In this document: positions 12,001 to 25,800 of the stretch, in pieces
How the letters are laid out: every line of letters starts with the position of its first letter
Position numbering within the stretch: the first letter of the stretch is position 1
Assembly (NCBI GenBank): GCA_003614675.1
Contig: ML002249.1
Coordinates: 1 to 58,993 of the forward strand
DNA from: Dimargaris cristalligena
Taxonomy: Eukaryota
DNA length: 58,993 nt
Direction of reading: 5' to 3'
The notes under the pieces: generated by a model
What the model was told of the DNA's origin: nothing
Databases searched by the model: none
Seen by the model: only the letters and a program-made list of their open reading frames with translations
Made by a program: the position numbers and the translations under genes

Positions 12001-15000
12001 TTCCAGTCGGAGGCTTCCGTCCATCCACCACCCGGGGATGGCCCACCTTCTACCCAGAATACCCCCCAGGCTCCCGCGTCGGTACCGCGGTGGAAACTTA
12101 ATCTGGAACTACTAGGCCGCTGGCTCCACCACCGTCTCGGGGCATTAGTGAACATGCTGTCCCCGTCGTTCGGCTCGGCGTCTGCTACGCCCGTTTATGA
12201 CCAGCTTGTAGATCTCACGCAACAACTGGACACTTATATCGGACCCCTAGTTTCGGAGAAGGCTATTGACATCCGGTCGGTTCTGGGCCCCATTTCGGCT
12301 CTTATTAAACACCCAGACGGTCTGACTCCTTTCGAGTTTCACGAGTGCGGACTAGTGGACGCCCTCGTCAAATTCCTTACTGCCGAAGCGTCCGACTATG
12401 GACTGACTTGCGACCAACGCCAACAGCTCTTTGTTGAAGTGTTTTGGCCCTCCGGCCTGACCACCGACTTCCCTACCCCCAGTGACCCAACGCAAACCCC
12501 CGCCGTGGTTACCCTTATCGAAAGTCTACATAGTCTGCTGGGCCGCCACCAGCACCTGCCCATTGAAATGGCTCCCCAGTCGCCCAACGACACCGCTCGC
12601 AATCCCGCAGCAATGCTGGCTAAGCAAATCCGTCTACAATTATTGCCGGCCGATGGCCCATCCCCCGGGGAAACTACGGGCACGCCTATTGCCAATGGCG
12701 GTCCTCGCTTTGTAGTCTCGATCCACGCTCTAGCGTCGTTTAGTACTCTGGAAGAATATATCAAACCGCGCTTGGTGACACCAGCCATGGGGCCCGGCCA
12801 GCTCATGATGTCTTCGCTCCAGCAGTCGTTTTTGGACTATGAGAACAGCCGCTCTATGATGGCCCAAGGCCGTCCCTTTTCCGGATTGGCCTCAGGCTCA
12901 GCAAACCGAGACGCACCCCCCACGTCTACTCCCGGAAATCTGACCAATCCCTCATCTCTGTGGGCCAGCGCCCTGGCCGCCTTTACCGCCGCCGCGAATA
13001 CAGCGGGCTCCATGGCGGATGGCGTTGGGTTCATTGACCAGGCGGCTCAGTCCCACGATAATGCGCCGAACCAAACCCCGGTGGAAACCGAAAACCAGGA
13101 TGTGGATATCGATGGCAATGGTGACGGGGACACCGGCATGGATGGCGACCAGGATACGGAAAAAGAACCATCGGACCACCATGGCCATGCATCGGATCAC
13201 CCCGAAAACGAGGAGGATGATGACGAGGACGCACTATCTGCCGAAATTAAGTTGCCCGACTCCCAGGCCAATACACCCCTACGCCCTGCTGCCGCCAGTG
13301 GCTCAACCCCCCGCTCTGCAGCCACACGGGCCTCCGACTCCCCTACGGTACGTCGGACCCGTGGGTCGCCCACTGCCCCTCCCCGTAACCCAGCGTCGTT
13401 CCACTTGGAGTTTGAAGTTGATGGCAAGCGAGTGACATCCAACCAGGCGGTTATTTACAGTGCCCTGCATAGTCAGCTGCAGACCCTGGCCCAGAACGAT
13501 AATATCCGCAGCCCTTGGGCCAACGTGTTCACCGTTACATACCGACGAGTGGCCGATACCGAATCCGACTTAACCTCGTCCTCTACCGACAGTCCTCCCG
13601 TGGACGAGACACTTTCTCGTCCCAACGACCTACCAACCGGTCTGACCGATACAGGTCCACTGCTAACCCTGCTGGCTACCCTCTACCAACTTAATAACCG
13701 TTTATCGGAATGGGCCTCGGACCACCCCAAGCTGGTCTCCACTCTACCCGTTGCCCCCGCCCAATTCCATCACTCGGGAATCACGGCCAAGCTACTGCGC
13801 CAACTGGACGAACCCCTGGTGGTGGTCAGCCGCTGCCTACCCTCCTGGTGTACGTACCTAATGACCCGCTACGCCTTCCTGTTCCCCTTTGAGGTGCGAT
13901 TCAGTTTTGTCCGGTTCACGGCCTTTGGCTATTCCCGGTCCATCGCCCAGTGGCAGAATCAGCTGAACAGTGGTCACAATGGGGCCCACGGTATGGGAGG
14001 GGCCAGCCGTCCGTCCAATATGTCGAACCTCCTGGGCCGGATCCAACGACAGAAGGTGCGCATATCCCGTCAAAAGATCCTCCTTTCGGCAGCCAAGGTT
14101 ATGGAGTTGTACGGCGCTTCCCATTCGATCCTCGAGATTGAATACTTCGACGAGGCTGGTACAGGTCTCGGCCCAACCCTGGAGTTCTACGCCACCATCT
14201 CGCGCGAACTATGCCGGCGTTCCCTGATGCTGTGGCGGGACGATGAAGCGAGCCCCAGCCCCCACCCCGACGACTCCGACCCCGCCCAATCGGGATCGGC
14301 TTATGTAGCCATCGGCCAGGCCAACGGACTCTTCCCGCGCCCCTATGACCCGGCCCGGCCAAATAACGAGGTCCTTCACTGGTTTAACTTTATGGGGCAG
14401 TTTATTGCAAAGGCCCTCTTGGATTCCCGCATTATCGACATACCCCTCCACCCCCTCTTTATCGACCTGGTGCTCGGTCGCCCCTTTGCTCCCACTGTCG
14501 CCAATTTGCGCCAAGTCGACCCTGACCTGGCCCGTTCGCTCACTCTCCTCCAATGGTTTGTAGAAGCTAAAAAGACGATCGAGGCGGACGAGAGCCTTAG
14601 CGCCGATCAAAAAGCCCAGCAACTGGACCAACTTCGCCACCCTACTGGCGTGTCGGTCGATGATCTGTGCCTAGATTTCACCCTGCCCGGATTCGGCGAC
14701 GTGCCCTTGAACACGGCCTCGTTGGGTGAGCCTGCGGATGAGGAGGTGGGTGCAGTTACCCTAACCAATGTCGAAACCTACCTAAACCGAGTGCTCAGCA
14801 TGACCCTCGCCGATGGTATCACTCCCCAAGTAACGGCGTTCCAGCGGGGGTTCAACCGGGTGTTCGCCCTCCCCCGCCTGGCCATCTTCAGTGCCACGGA
14901 GCTAAGCACCCTGTTTGGCGCGGCCGAGGAAGACTGGGGCGTCAGCACCCTCCAGGCCAGCATTATAGCCGACCACGGATACTGTTCCACCAGTCCTGTT

Positions 15001-15294
15001 GTAGTGGCCCTGATTGAAATCATGAGTGAAATGACGCCCGCTGAACGCCGGACCTTCCTCCGGTTTATTACAGGCAGTCCCAAACTACCCATCGGTGGGT
15101 TCAAGGCCCTCTCCCCACGCATTACCGTAGTATGCAAACCCTGCGAACCCCCACTGACCCCACGCGATTACTTACCATCGGTTATGACCTGCGTTAACTA
15201 TCTCAAAGTGCCCAATTACCCTAGCAAGGATATGCTGAAGGAGCGCCTATTTACAGCCATGTACGAAGGTCAAAACTCCTTCCATTTATCGTAA
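9067..15294 (+). CDS. UFD4: HECT E3 ubiquitin ligase, UFD4/TRIP12/UPL3 family; exons 9067-9335 and 9627-15294
   Basis: ARM-repeat region ('QLMALQELAELLSIATEESL', 'LLACRCIFNLIEA', 'LAEQALSTLEK') and a C-terminal HECT domain ('LEIEYFDEAGTGLGPTLEFY', catalytic 'LPSVMTCVNYLKVPNY', terminal 'SFHLS'). The intron gtaagt(9336)...tag(9626) joins a basic N-terminal exon in frame. Confidence 0.95.
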
Positions 15295-18066
15295 ATGGTT
15301 TAGTTGAACCCCAAAAATAGTTCATTAAATATAGGGAAAGGGAGATGGGGACTTCACTTATTTAACCTATTTTCGAGGGCTAATTTCGACAGCACCTAGT
15401 ACTTCATCCAACGCCGTCGGACACCCACTTCCCTCGCATTCCCCCTTTTAAGCAGTAAAATTGATGCTATCGTATCTCTGCATTGACTTCTCTACTTCGC
15501 CAGGTCCAACCAAACGCCTTTTTTATATAATTATTATAATATATTCAGCAGCGGTATATCCCATACCCTCGTCGACGAACCATTACACCTTATCTATATA
15601 GTTTAGTTGGGTCAAGGGATAATTTTATAATCATAATTTGACCACAATGTACACCAACTGCCACCTATTTTATATTCAGACTCTGTATCCATTTACTTTT
15701 CACCTACTTTCCTCTCCGCCGCATTCCCTGGGCAATTGGTATTTTCCATGATACATGACTATCTTAATTTGTCGAGCCCTTCTTTTATTATATAACTCCG
15801 AATCTACTTACTCTTCTTTCTTGACAAACCAGCGGACCTTATTATTTTTGAGCCCGGGATTCGTACCAATATTCGTAATAAACCCATTTATAGTTTTGAC
15901 CCTATATACGCGGAATATTGATGTATCTATATATTGAGTCACAGTATATATCCGACCGTTCAGTTGGCCGACATTCCCCTGCTCCACTCACACATGCCTG
16001 GTCGAAAGGCAAACAAATCGACCCCAGCTTGTCCCGCACTACCTCGGCAATTACAGTCCGACATGTACCCAATTGCAGTTTCCGTTGCCTTGTCCCGGGT
16101 TCAGGGTTGTGCCATTTAAACATTCATTTAGCAAGGCCTCTAATACGATTACCGACGTTCCCATAGTCTGTCTGGGCGCCTGCCATGTACCGTACTGGCG
16201 CCACCCTTCCCCTATTTGGGCCCCCTTCAAGCCTCACATAGTGATTCTTTTGGTTATTATTCTCGTCTTTTGAGAGCATCTAATCCTACCGTCGAAAGTG
16301 TCCTGCTGTATTACGAGAAATCTGTTTAATGAGATGGGCTATACTGGCTAAACATACATTTTCAATGCCACCCTTTGGCTTTCATTTAAAATCGTGAACA
16401 TCACCATGTTGAACTTCACGCCTATGAAACTGAGTGATAGGCAATACGAAAGAGCCCTCCCCCCCAGGTTTTATTACTATATAAACATGTAACTCTAAAG
16501 ATTAATGAAGAAAAGAAACCAACCAGGTGGGCCCTATATTCTTCGATCACTCGGTCTAATTCAATCGAGTGAGTGATAAATAATACGGAAAAGGTCCAAT
16601 CTGGACATATACATGTAATTATGTACATATTATGACGAGGAATCTGCCCATTGAGACCGAAATTCTTGGCTAAAACAAGTTTTTCAGCCTACCACCGCAC
16701 CATTATTAAAACGAATGCCCTCAAAAAAAAAAATGGCGCTGAATGCCATCCACTCCATCGGTGGTGCATAGTTGACTATATCCTCGTCTAATGAGAGGTT
16801 TAGTAATAAACGGAAAACTAGACATATCACTATCACTGTATTCTATCGCAACCGCCGGACGAAGCGGACCTTACTTACTACATGACGACTAGAGCATTCC
16901 TCCACTAATGAACCCGCCCAACTCGGCATTTGATATTATTATCATCTTGCTTCCCTACTGGGTAATTCGGCTACTTAATAGGCCCCACTTGGCCCAATCG
17001 TTAAACGATATTTGATCTATTCATTTTAGTAGAGTCATTTAAGTGTCCCCATTTAGGCTGAGACTGGGAGATGGCAGCTCAGTAGTATTTAAGTCGAACT
17101 CAGATTCCCTAAACCTATTGTGAATACACTCTCCCCTTCTTCCATGTCCCTATTGGGAGACAGACTACAAGGCACTATACCGTTTAATAGTCGGTACAGT
17201 TTGATCACTGGGCTTTGTTCGGACAACCCGATCCGGTGCATGGAAAAGATGACATCATACGATAACAATATTAGTTCGATTTAAATAGATGAGTCCATGC
17301 CAGATTAAACTAAACGAATTTCAGCGAGAGGCGACTTGGTAGATCTTATATAACAATTGAAAGGTCGCTAAAGAATATTCCCCACATGAACGGCATTACA
17401 TACAGCTTCACTGCCAAATACTTGGAGATTAGACGTAAAATCATTCGGATACTGCAGTACCAGATCCACATAGGAAAAACTCAGACCAACTGGCTATCGC
17501 GAAACCCATTGACTAGCTCAATCTTTAGCAACCCCCAATTTACTTCCAAATCCTATACAGCCGGATTCAACTTCACCCATAGGAAATACCCTCTTGTTAT
17601 GGGATAGTTGGATTTTATATGTACGGTCAAACAAAAGAATATATTTCAGAAACTAAAAATAGAACGAAAGATCAGGAAAACAGCCCTTCCAATCAACAAA
17701 TAATAACCAAAACAAAAAACTTAATTTCGAAAACGAATATGTAAAAAGAAAAAAATGAAACGATATAGAATCGGGTCGTAATAGTGTAAAGGGAAATGGG
17801 GGGGGACCATTTGAGTCGAAATTCCGGGATAACAAATAATTAAAGAGGGACGGGGTCGAGGCTACAAAAGCCAAAGGTAATGACGGGCCTAGGATGTTAA
17901 CAAGGGAATCGGTAGGCGCGCAGGAGAATAGGTGGTGAACATGGGCATTGGTAAGAGATAGGAAGAGTCGACGTAACTATTATTGGACATTGGGGACATA
18001 AAAGGTTGCCGAATGGTGGGCACCACGGTCGCCTCTAGTTTGGTCGGCAGGTTGGAAGCCATCGAT

Positions 18067-20004
18067 TTAACGGCCGTTGATCACCAGCATCAGGAACTGC
18101 TCGTAGTTGATTTGGACCCAGCCGTCGTTGTTGGTATCAAATCTTTGGAACGATTCGGTGAGGGTGCGGACCGTCACACAGGCCTGGATGAAGTTGTCGA
18201 AAGTGACCGTGCCTCTACCTGCTTGATTTTTAATACGATCAGCTACAAGAACAAAAATAATGAATGGGGCAAAAAGATATGTAGAGAAAACCACAGGCGA
18301 ATAGACAGGGCAAATAATATACGTGCACACGCAATCCCAAATATTAAGGGATACACACCCACCCACGTAACGCCAAAGCGGCATTTATAGGGTAGTGTAG
18401 AATAAATTTGGGACAAGGCAGAGGTAATGGGGCGGATAAAAAAGGGGGAAATCGACGGTCAATACGATAGTGCGGGTATTTTAAACAAGTGTCCACGGAT
18501 TGGCCTTGGGTTATGGGGATGTTTCTTGAGGATATAGGGTAGGTGGAGAGAAAATGGGAGGCGGGTGGTTTGGACCATCTAGGTGGAGAAAATCCGCCCC
18601 AGGTTTAACAATTGGGACACAGACCAACCCCTCCTCACCATTCACCCTCACACACTCTCGTACCCAAGTCTCCCCAAGCCAAGCCCGACCATTAACCAAT
18701 GACCATATCCACTATTCTGCCCCACGAATCGGATCCGGGCGGGTAGGCAAAATATCCCCTCCCTAGGGTTAGAAAAGAGAAACGGGGCATTGGAGGGTCG
18801 ACACCCCTATAACCCAACTAAGCTACTCAATCAGATATACAGACATACCCCGACTTCCCCGCGGCTAAGCCCCGACTAGCTGGCCATGGCCAACGGGTTG
18901 GACGGAAGGCAGCGCTGAATCGATGGTAATGGGCCTGCCAAGCGGTAATAGCACACTAACTAGCCCGTAAAGCATCGAATAAAAACAAACAAAATGATAA
19001 TAATAATAATAAAATCGATGGAAACTTACCGTGAATGTCAAACTTGCGAATGATGGCACCAATCACAGCGGGTGGCACATTGAAGCCAAAGGTGCGCAGA
19101 GCGCGTTCCAGTTCGTTGCGGTCGATGGTACCAGAACGGTCGGCATCGAAGGTTTGGAAGCACTTCTTCCAGTCGTCAATGTATTTCCACAGCCCGGTGA
19201 ACTCGTTGAAGTTGATGGTACCGTTGTTATCCTTGTCGAACATGTTGACCATCATACGGACAGTCTCGATGTTGAAGGGGGACCAGTCTCCGTTCATGAG
19301 AGCACGCTGGAGCTCGCTCACAGACAAGGCACCGCTCTTGTCCGAGTCCACGGCCTGGAACCAGTGGTAAAGGGTATCCTGGGAAGGAGGGCCCGAGGAA
19401 CCCGGGGGCTTGTTGGCTGGGGAATGCAAACAGGGGGAAGGGGGGTTAGCGGGTTAGAAAGGCCCTTACTTACGAGCAGAGGAATCCCCGAGGGGTGGTG
19501 GCCTACACCTAACCTGCCCGGATCGGGGGAGGGTTGGTGGATGGGGGTTGGGAAGGCAACACAGGTGAGGATACCGAAAACAGGCGTGGGTACCAAGAAT
19601 CTTCCACATCCCCCCAGCACATCAAGCCGCTGTTAACCGAAAGATGAGAATGTCGGGTTCATGATTTAGCGGATAGACCACTTACCGGGAGCACCTTGGG
19701 GGGTGCCGCTATGGGGAGGGCCACCCTGGGGCGGGTAAGCGCCTCCGTAGCCGCCCTGGCTGGGTGGTGGAGCGCCGTAACCGCCCTGCGAGACGGGAGG
19801 ACGGTATTGAGCACCCCCACCGCCGTACTGAGGTGGCTGTTGCTGCTGCTGCTGTTGACCGTAGGGGTGTTGCTGCTGGCCGTAGGGGTTGCCGCCGGGG
19901 GGACCGTAGCCACCACCACCGCTGGGAGGGGGACCGCCGTAGCCGCCTTGTTGTTGGCCGCCGCCGTAAGCGTTGTAGCCACCGGGAGGGGGATTGTAGG
20001 CCAT
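18067..20004 (-). CDS. PEF1: Penta-EF-hand Ca2+-binding protein (peflin/ALG-2/Pef1 family); exons 20004-19686, 19416-19030, 18218-18067
   Basis: Gly/Pro/Tyr/Gln-rich N-terminus; EF hands 'DSDKSGALSVSEL', 'DKDNNGTINFNEF', 'DADRSGTIDRNEL', 'TVTFDNFIQAC', 'DTNNDGWVQINYEQF'. Phase-1 GT-AG introns. Confidence 0.93.
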
Positions 20005-21591
20005 TGTGGGGAGATTAGGAAAAGGTGAAGGAAGGACCTGGAGTAGAGTAAGGAAAATAAGGGGAAGCGTATATAACAACACCAATCAAAAAGCGAAGAC
20101 AAAGAGATGAAGAAGGAGAGGGAGAGAGTTTAAAAGAGAGTCTAGCTAGGTTTTCCCCCGAGCATATACTCTACACATACAGTCGGCCAGCGGGGTGGAC
20201 TCTCTAACCACACTACTCCTACTACTTCTAATAGTATATGATGGGTATTGTATGTAGTAGAGAGGAGAAGGAGAGGTGAGAGGTCACACGCATTGGACGC
20301 CCGCCAAGGGCGCAACCAAGCTCCACACCCCTCTCTCTGATCAAGCCATCATCCATCATCGTTATTGGCAGGCTTGGGTTTAGAGTAGTTTATAATAACA
20401 TCAACACATATTATATTATATTATCCTTGTATACCACATACCCAACACTGCCACGGTATCTTATTTATACAGCCGTGACACATCCTTCTCCCATTTGGTG
20501 GGGGTCCTCCTCTCCCACTACACCAATTTACGCACTTCTAGTAATTATTGCGTGTACAGCCAGACAGACAACATCCCTTCCCTCCACCTAACCAACTATA
20601 CCCCTTTCCTTTGGGCCTGGAAACGCTATAATAGAAAAGACACGGGACAGATACGCCAGAAGGTTCCTCTGCAGCCAAGCCTACTGTGTAAATAATAAAG
20701 AGAGGGAGGAATTCCCCCCGCAACGCGAGACAATAGCAGTAGCGCGATAATAGCCAGGACTGGTTGGTTGGTATACATTACAAATCACCCACAGTAAAAG
20801 GTAGGACAACAATAGCGGTATTTTCCATTCAGGTGATTGACCCTCTTCTCCCCCATGCTTGTGTGCACTTGATCTGTTCCTACCAAGTTGGAACATGGGA
20901 CCAGAAAGGACGAGACGGATCGGCCGCCAAATCAAGGGGATCGGGAAACATGGGCTAGTTGAGATGGTGACGACGCCATTACTATTCAAAAAATCCATTG
21001 ACAGCCAAAGCGCACTATTTACTGACTGTCATTTCCTAATATTCGTTTGGACGTGTATTGTCTTAATCTTGTGCACTGTAAGATTAAGGCTTTTAATAGA
21101 AAATACCCTTGTTGAGATGGGCAGACACTCCCTTATTATTACTCCGATATTCATTTGGGGGGACGCGTGCAGCCCAACCTTGACAGCCAACGCTTGGGTA
21201 ATACAGTGTAGGAAGAATAAGTTGGGACAATAATGGCCCTGCAAAAATCGCCACAGTCGCCCTTCAACCTCCTGCCAGCAGTAGTGTCAAGCCCAGCGCA
21301 TTGGGGGGAAGGTGTGTTTTCCTTCTAGTTTCTCACCGTACACCCAAACCCCCCCTTTTTTTTTGATAACTTCCGGATATATATATATATATATATACCC
21401 TATATTATGAGTAAAATAGGAGGGGCCTGGCCTTCGAGAACGACTAGGCAAGTGGACGGCTCTATCCACAACGATGAGATTGACGATCATTCAGAAAATA
21501 AAGATATCACAGCTTGGAACGCAAAAGGAACTGGGCAGGGCCGCAAACAGACCCGTCCACGGTAGAAAGGGGTACACTATAAGGGCCGACA

Positions 21592-21735
21592 ATATGGGTG
21601 AAGTTCGGCCCAGCTGTATAAGGTTTTAAATGATAATTGTATGGGATAATGTATGGGAGATTTATTTTTAACCAGTACTATTTGCTTCATCCAACGGATT
21701 TTTCGGTATACAGCTCGGTTGAACCTCTCCCATAT
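21592..21735 (+). mobile_element. 144-bp MITE-like element, copy 2 (intergenic)
   Basis: TIRs atatgggtgaagttcggcccagctgtata / tatacagctcggttgaacctctcccatat; colinear with the other two copies and the same length. Confidence 0.82.
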
Positions 21736-21876
21736 GTAGGTGGCCTCATCAGCCAAAATGATATCCATAAATGACAGGTAGGTAGGCAATGCCAAAACCC
21801 AAAACTCAAAAACCATAGATCCCACACATATCAGCTGGTTAACATCTTATAATGTCCGAGCTAAGATGACAAGGTG

Positions 21877-21880
<4 letters not shown>

Positions 21881-21915
<35 letters not shown>

Positions 21916-21934
21916 TAGATAGATAGATAGATAG
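21881..21934. repeat. Compound microsatellite (AT)n(AGAT)n
   Basis: Read directly from the sequence. Confidence 0.9.
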
Positions 21935-22809
21935 AAAAGGTGGAATACATTAACATTGATTTCCTTCTTGCTCAACTTTCCCTCTGCAAAAAACCCATCG
22001 AGACCAACTCTGCCCCCCTGACTCCAACCATTTCCCGTGGCAAGGTGGGGTAGCCTTTAGCTGTTTTGATTCTCAGCCAGTTACGCAAAAGGGGTAACGA
22101 ACATCGGCGGATCTTCCCTTAGTTGGACGAAGCACATCATGGTAGGCGATTAAAGGTTTATTAGAAAAAAATGACAATGCGATTGAAGAGACGGAGACCA
22201 TTCCAGTAGAAATCGTACAGTTGGGAAGACGGGACAGGACAGGACAAGCTGCCAGTGTCCCCCTCACATGAGACGAACCATCTGGTGGTATAAATACATG
22301 GCGAATGGGATGGGGCGGTTGAGTGAATGGACATATGAATCAAGTGTACAATAATGAGAGGGATAAGGGCTTACAATGTTCCTGGCGTAGTATAAAATGG
22401 GATGAAGATTGGACATTTAAATTGGCCTTACCATATTAATCCATCGACTCCGTAACGACACAAAACGGGAAGAAAATGTTCCACAGCGCAGCAACGAAAT
22501 GTACAGGCTGGTACAGAAAGGGCAAAAATAGGAATAATGATAATAAAGGGATGAAAAAGGGGGAGTAATCGAATAATGGAGAGGCCCGGAAATAATGCAA
22601 GGGAGCAGCGTGATTTCGTCACATTAATATAATCGGGTTAAAAAACCATAACGATAGTTGAAATACAGGAGGCATGGGAGGGGGAGAGAGAATCAAAGAA
22701 AATGAGAATAAAAAATACACCTATACACAACAGTACACAGACCTAATGGTCAGAAAGAGAAAGATAAAAGAAAACAAGTCGAGAGAGAGCCGTCGGAGAC
22801 CATGAAGGA

Positions 22810-25800
22810 TTAGACGGTCGCCCTGGTATCCAGGAACTTCGCCATTCGCTCCCACTGACTACGGATCCACTGTTTGGTCAGAAGGGAGTGAATCGCCACC
22901 CGATAACGGACCATTTTGGCGTGCGCAATGAGTCGACGGGACTTGGTGTGGAAAGTTCGGTACCGCCGATCGGCCACCTGCACCATATAGTCACGCACCC
23001 CGCGGTAGGTACGGTCGAATTCCTCGGCCATCGGCAGAAGCACCGGCCCCAGGGTCTGTCGGATCTGGGCGCGGGCTTGATCGGCGTAATCCACCAACTG
23101 GCCGATGGGGGTACCCGGGGCTGAGTAATGGCCCAGCACGGACCGGGTGTAGTTGTACCAGTAGTACGCCAGCATATGAACCTGCTGGGTCCATTCCGTG
23201 ACCGTTTGGCGAGCCGACTCCCAGGGGGTCTCGGCAGCGGGGCGAAGGCCGAGTCCCAGGGGTCCCACCGAAAGCGAAGCGGTGTGGGGGCGCTCCTCCG
23301 AGGGTTCGTCGATTAGGGTTTCTTTGGCCAATGGGGCGGGGGACGTGGAGAGGGTCTCAGTGGGATTAAACAGGCGATCGGCTTCGTGGGCCACAAGGTG
23401 CGAATAGATACGACCAAAAAACTGGGCGGCCCGAACATGGGCCTCCTCCGCATCATCAGCTTCGCGGCTATGGACTTCCTCCTCCATCTCGACCTTTTCC
23501 GCCTGTGTGGCGCTCGACTCTCTGTCCGCTCCCGCCGAATCCGTCTCCACACCAGCGTCCGTCGCCCGGGGGAGGGGAATCGAAGCACCCCCACCAGCTC
23601 CTGAGTCCCGGTGGGCCGCCACCCGATACGTGTGTATCAGCGATGGCGTAAAGGCCCAAGGGGATCCCTGCACGGGGATTGGATTGCCCGAAAACCACAC
23701 CGACATGACCGGGAAGCAATCCGGGGTGATTACTCCCGCACTGGCCGGAACCACCGCCTCCAGGGTGAGTTGGCAGCCAAAGGCGGCCTGGGATTGCGAG
23801 GCGGTGACCACCGCCGGTGATTGGGGTAGCGGATTCCACGGCTGATCCACCAGTTCGGTCCACCGACGGGAGAGTCGCATCGGTACGGCCGGCGAAGTAT
23901 GGACCTTTGACTCGGTATCAATTTTGGCGCTCTGTCCGGTGAGACCCAAGTGCGACTGCACGGTCCCGTTCAGAAGAGCCGCACAGCGCTGGCCCACGGG
24001 GACCATACTGGGTTTCGTTCCAAAGAGGCGAGACTGGCCCCGGTCATTCCGTAGCAGGAGATTATAGTGGCACACGAGAGTGTCATCGGGCCCGAGTTGG
24101 CAGCCCAGGTGATCCAGTCGGGACTCGAGAGGCGATAGACCCAACTCATTCAGATGCGAAGCCAGGCCAACATCATCACCCGGCACCACCGTGGCGATTA
24201 GCCAAAGGGCAGCAAACAGGAACACGCTCAGGCGGATGGCAGTACTCACCCAGGTCAACAGGCGAGAAGGGGACGACGACGAAGCCGAGTCACTGCCCGA
24301 ATCTTCGTCAAACGGACTCACCAGCCCGTGGGCGGACAGGGTCTTGGCGATACTAGGGGTCGCTGGGACGGACCCGGTGTATACCCCCGGCAGACCCTGC
24401 CGGACCAGGCGGTCCACATTGGTCAACAGGGTACGGTACAACTGAGGGGGATCCAATTCGAGCAGATCAGTGGTCGAGCCCGGCAAGGGGGACAGGGAAT
24501 GGTACTGGGATTGGGACCGGGACAGGGCGAGAACCGACCCGGATTCATCGCCCCTGACCTCACCCGACTGATGGTGCTCCTGCTCGAGGTGGACCAGGGC
24601 CTGGCCGAGGCTATTGAACAGGAAGGCTGTCGCAAACTCATGGCATAGACTGTCCCGGGAGGTCGTGGCGGAGCGGAGGGGGGATCCGTTGGCCCGCAGG
24701 GCAGCGGGCTGGAGGAGAGGAAGGACGGGCAAGTAGGCCGCCAAGGTCTGAATCTCCAAAATGTCCCGGTCGATCCGGTCTTCGGACAAGAAATAGACCA
24801 CCAGGTTCAGGATGGGCCGGAGAGGTCCACCACCCCTCGTCGCCGCCGGGGACGATACGGCCCGGCGCAGAGTTACTTTGGGGTAGCCTTCCGACCCCGA
24901 GAAAGTACCGGCATCCGGGCCCTCGGGTAGACGGGTGTAGCCCATGCGGTGGTAGAGCATGGTTTGGCGGTGGCAAAGTTCCAGGAGGGACTGCGCCTTA
25001 GGGGTGCGGAAGGTCGACTGGTAGTGGGACGGGGCGTTCTCGGGGGGATCCAGCGAACCCACCAGATTAAGCACACCCACATACGGACCCGAGTCCAGCG
25101 CGAGAGGTGCTTCGTGGCTCGCCCCCCCTGTTCCCCTACCACCCCACACCGGTGATAGGAAAAAGGGGCCAGTCTCGCCCGCATCATCATTATTATTATT
25201 ATTATTATTATCGCCATTTCCATTGTTGTTACTATTCAGGGCATAGACTGCTTCACGCAGATCCAAGGCGGGGGGAGCAACTGTTCCTGGTGAATTAGTA
25301 GTGAGCGAAGGCCCACCTATGTGGTACCGGGTGGCGGTCGTGGCCAGGCCCCACATTTGGCGGAACTTGGCGACAATCAGGGCCGTTTGGCCGGCTGTTT
25401 CGGGGACATCGCCGACGAACAGTAGGCGCAGGGACGGGGCCAGTGGATCAGCAGATGGGGCGGTACTACTGGTGGGCATTGCGCATAGCCGGGGCAACTG
25501 GGACTCGGGCAGGGGAATGGTCTCGGTGGATAATACCGAGGTGGCCCGAATCCCGCCCCCGCCGTCCTCGTCACTGTCGTCCGTGGTGGTCAGCGTGGCG
25601 GTCGAGTCGGGGAAGCTACGGACCGGGAAGGGGTAGGGGCCCTCCCGCGGGTGCAATTCGACAGGTGAGCTCGATAAGCGGTCCCCACTTGCGGGACTGC
25701 CGGTTGGGTGGTCCACACTGACCGCCAGGCCAATTTCCGTCAAACGCAATTCCAGTTCCCGGCGAATGGACTCTACGGAAGCCTGGACCGCGCTGGGGTT

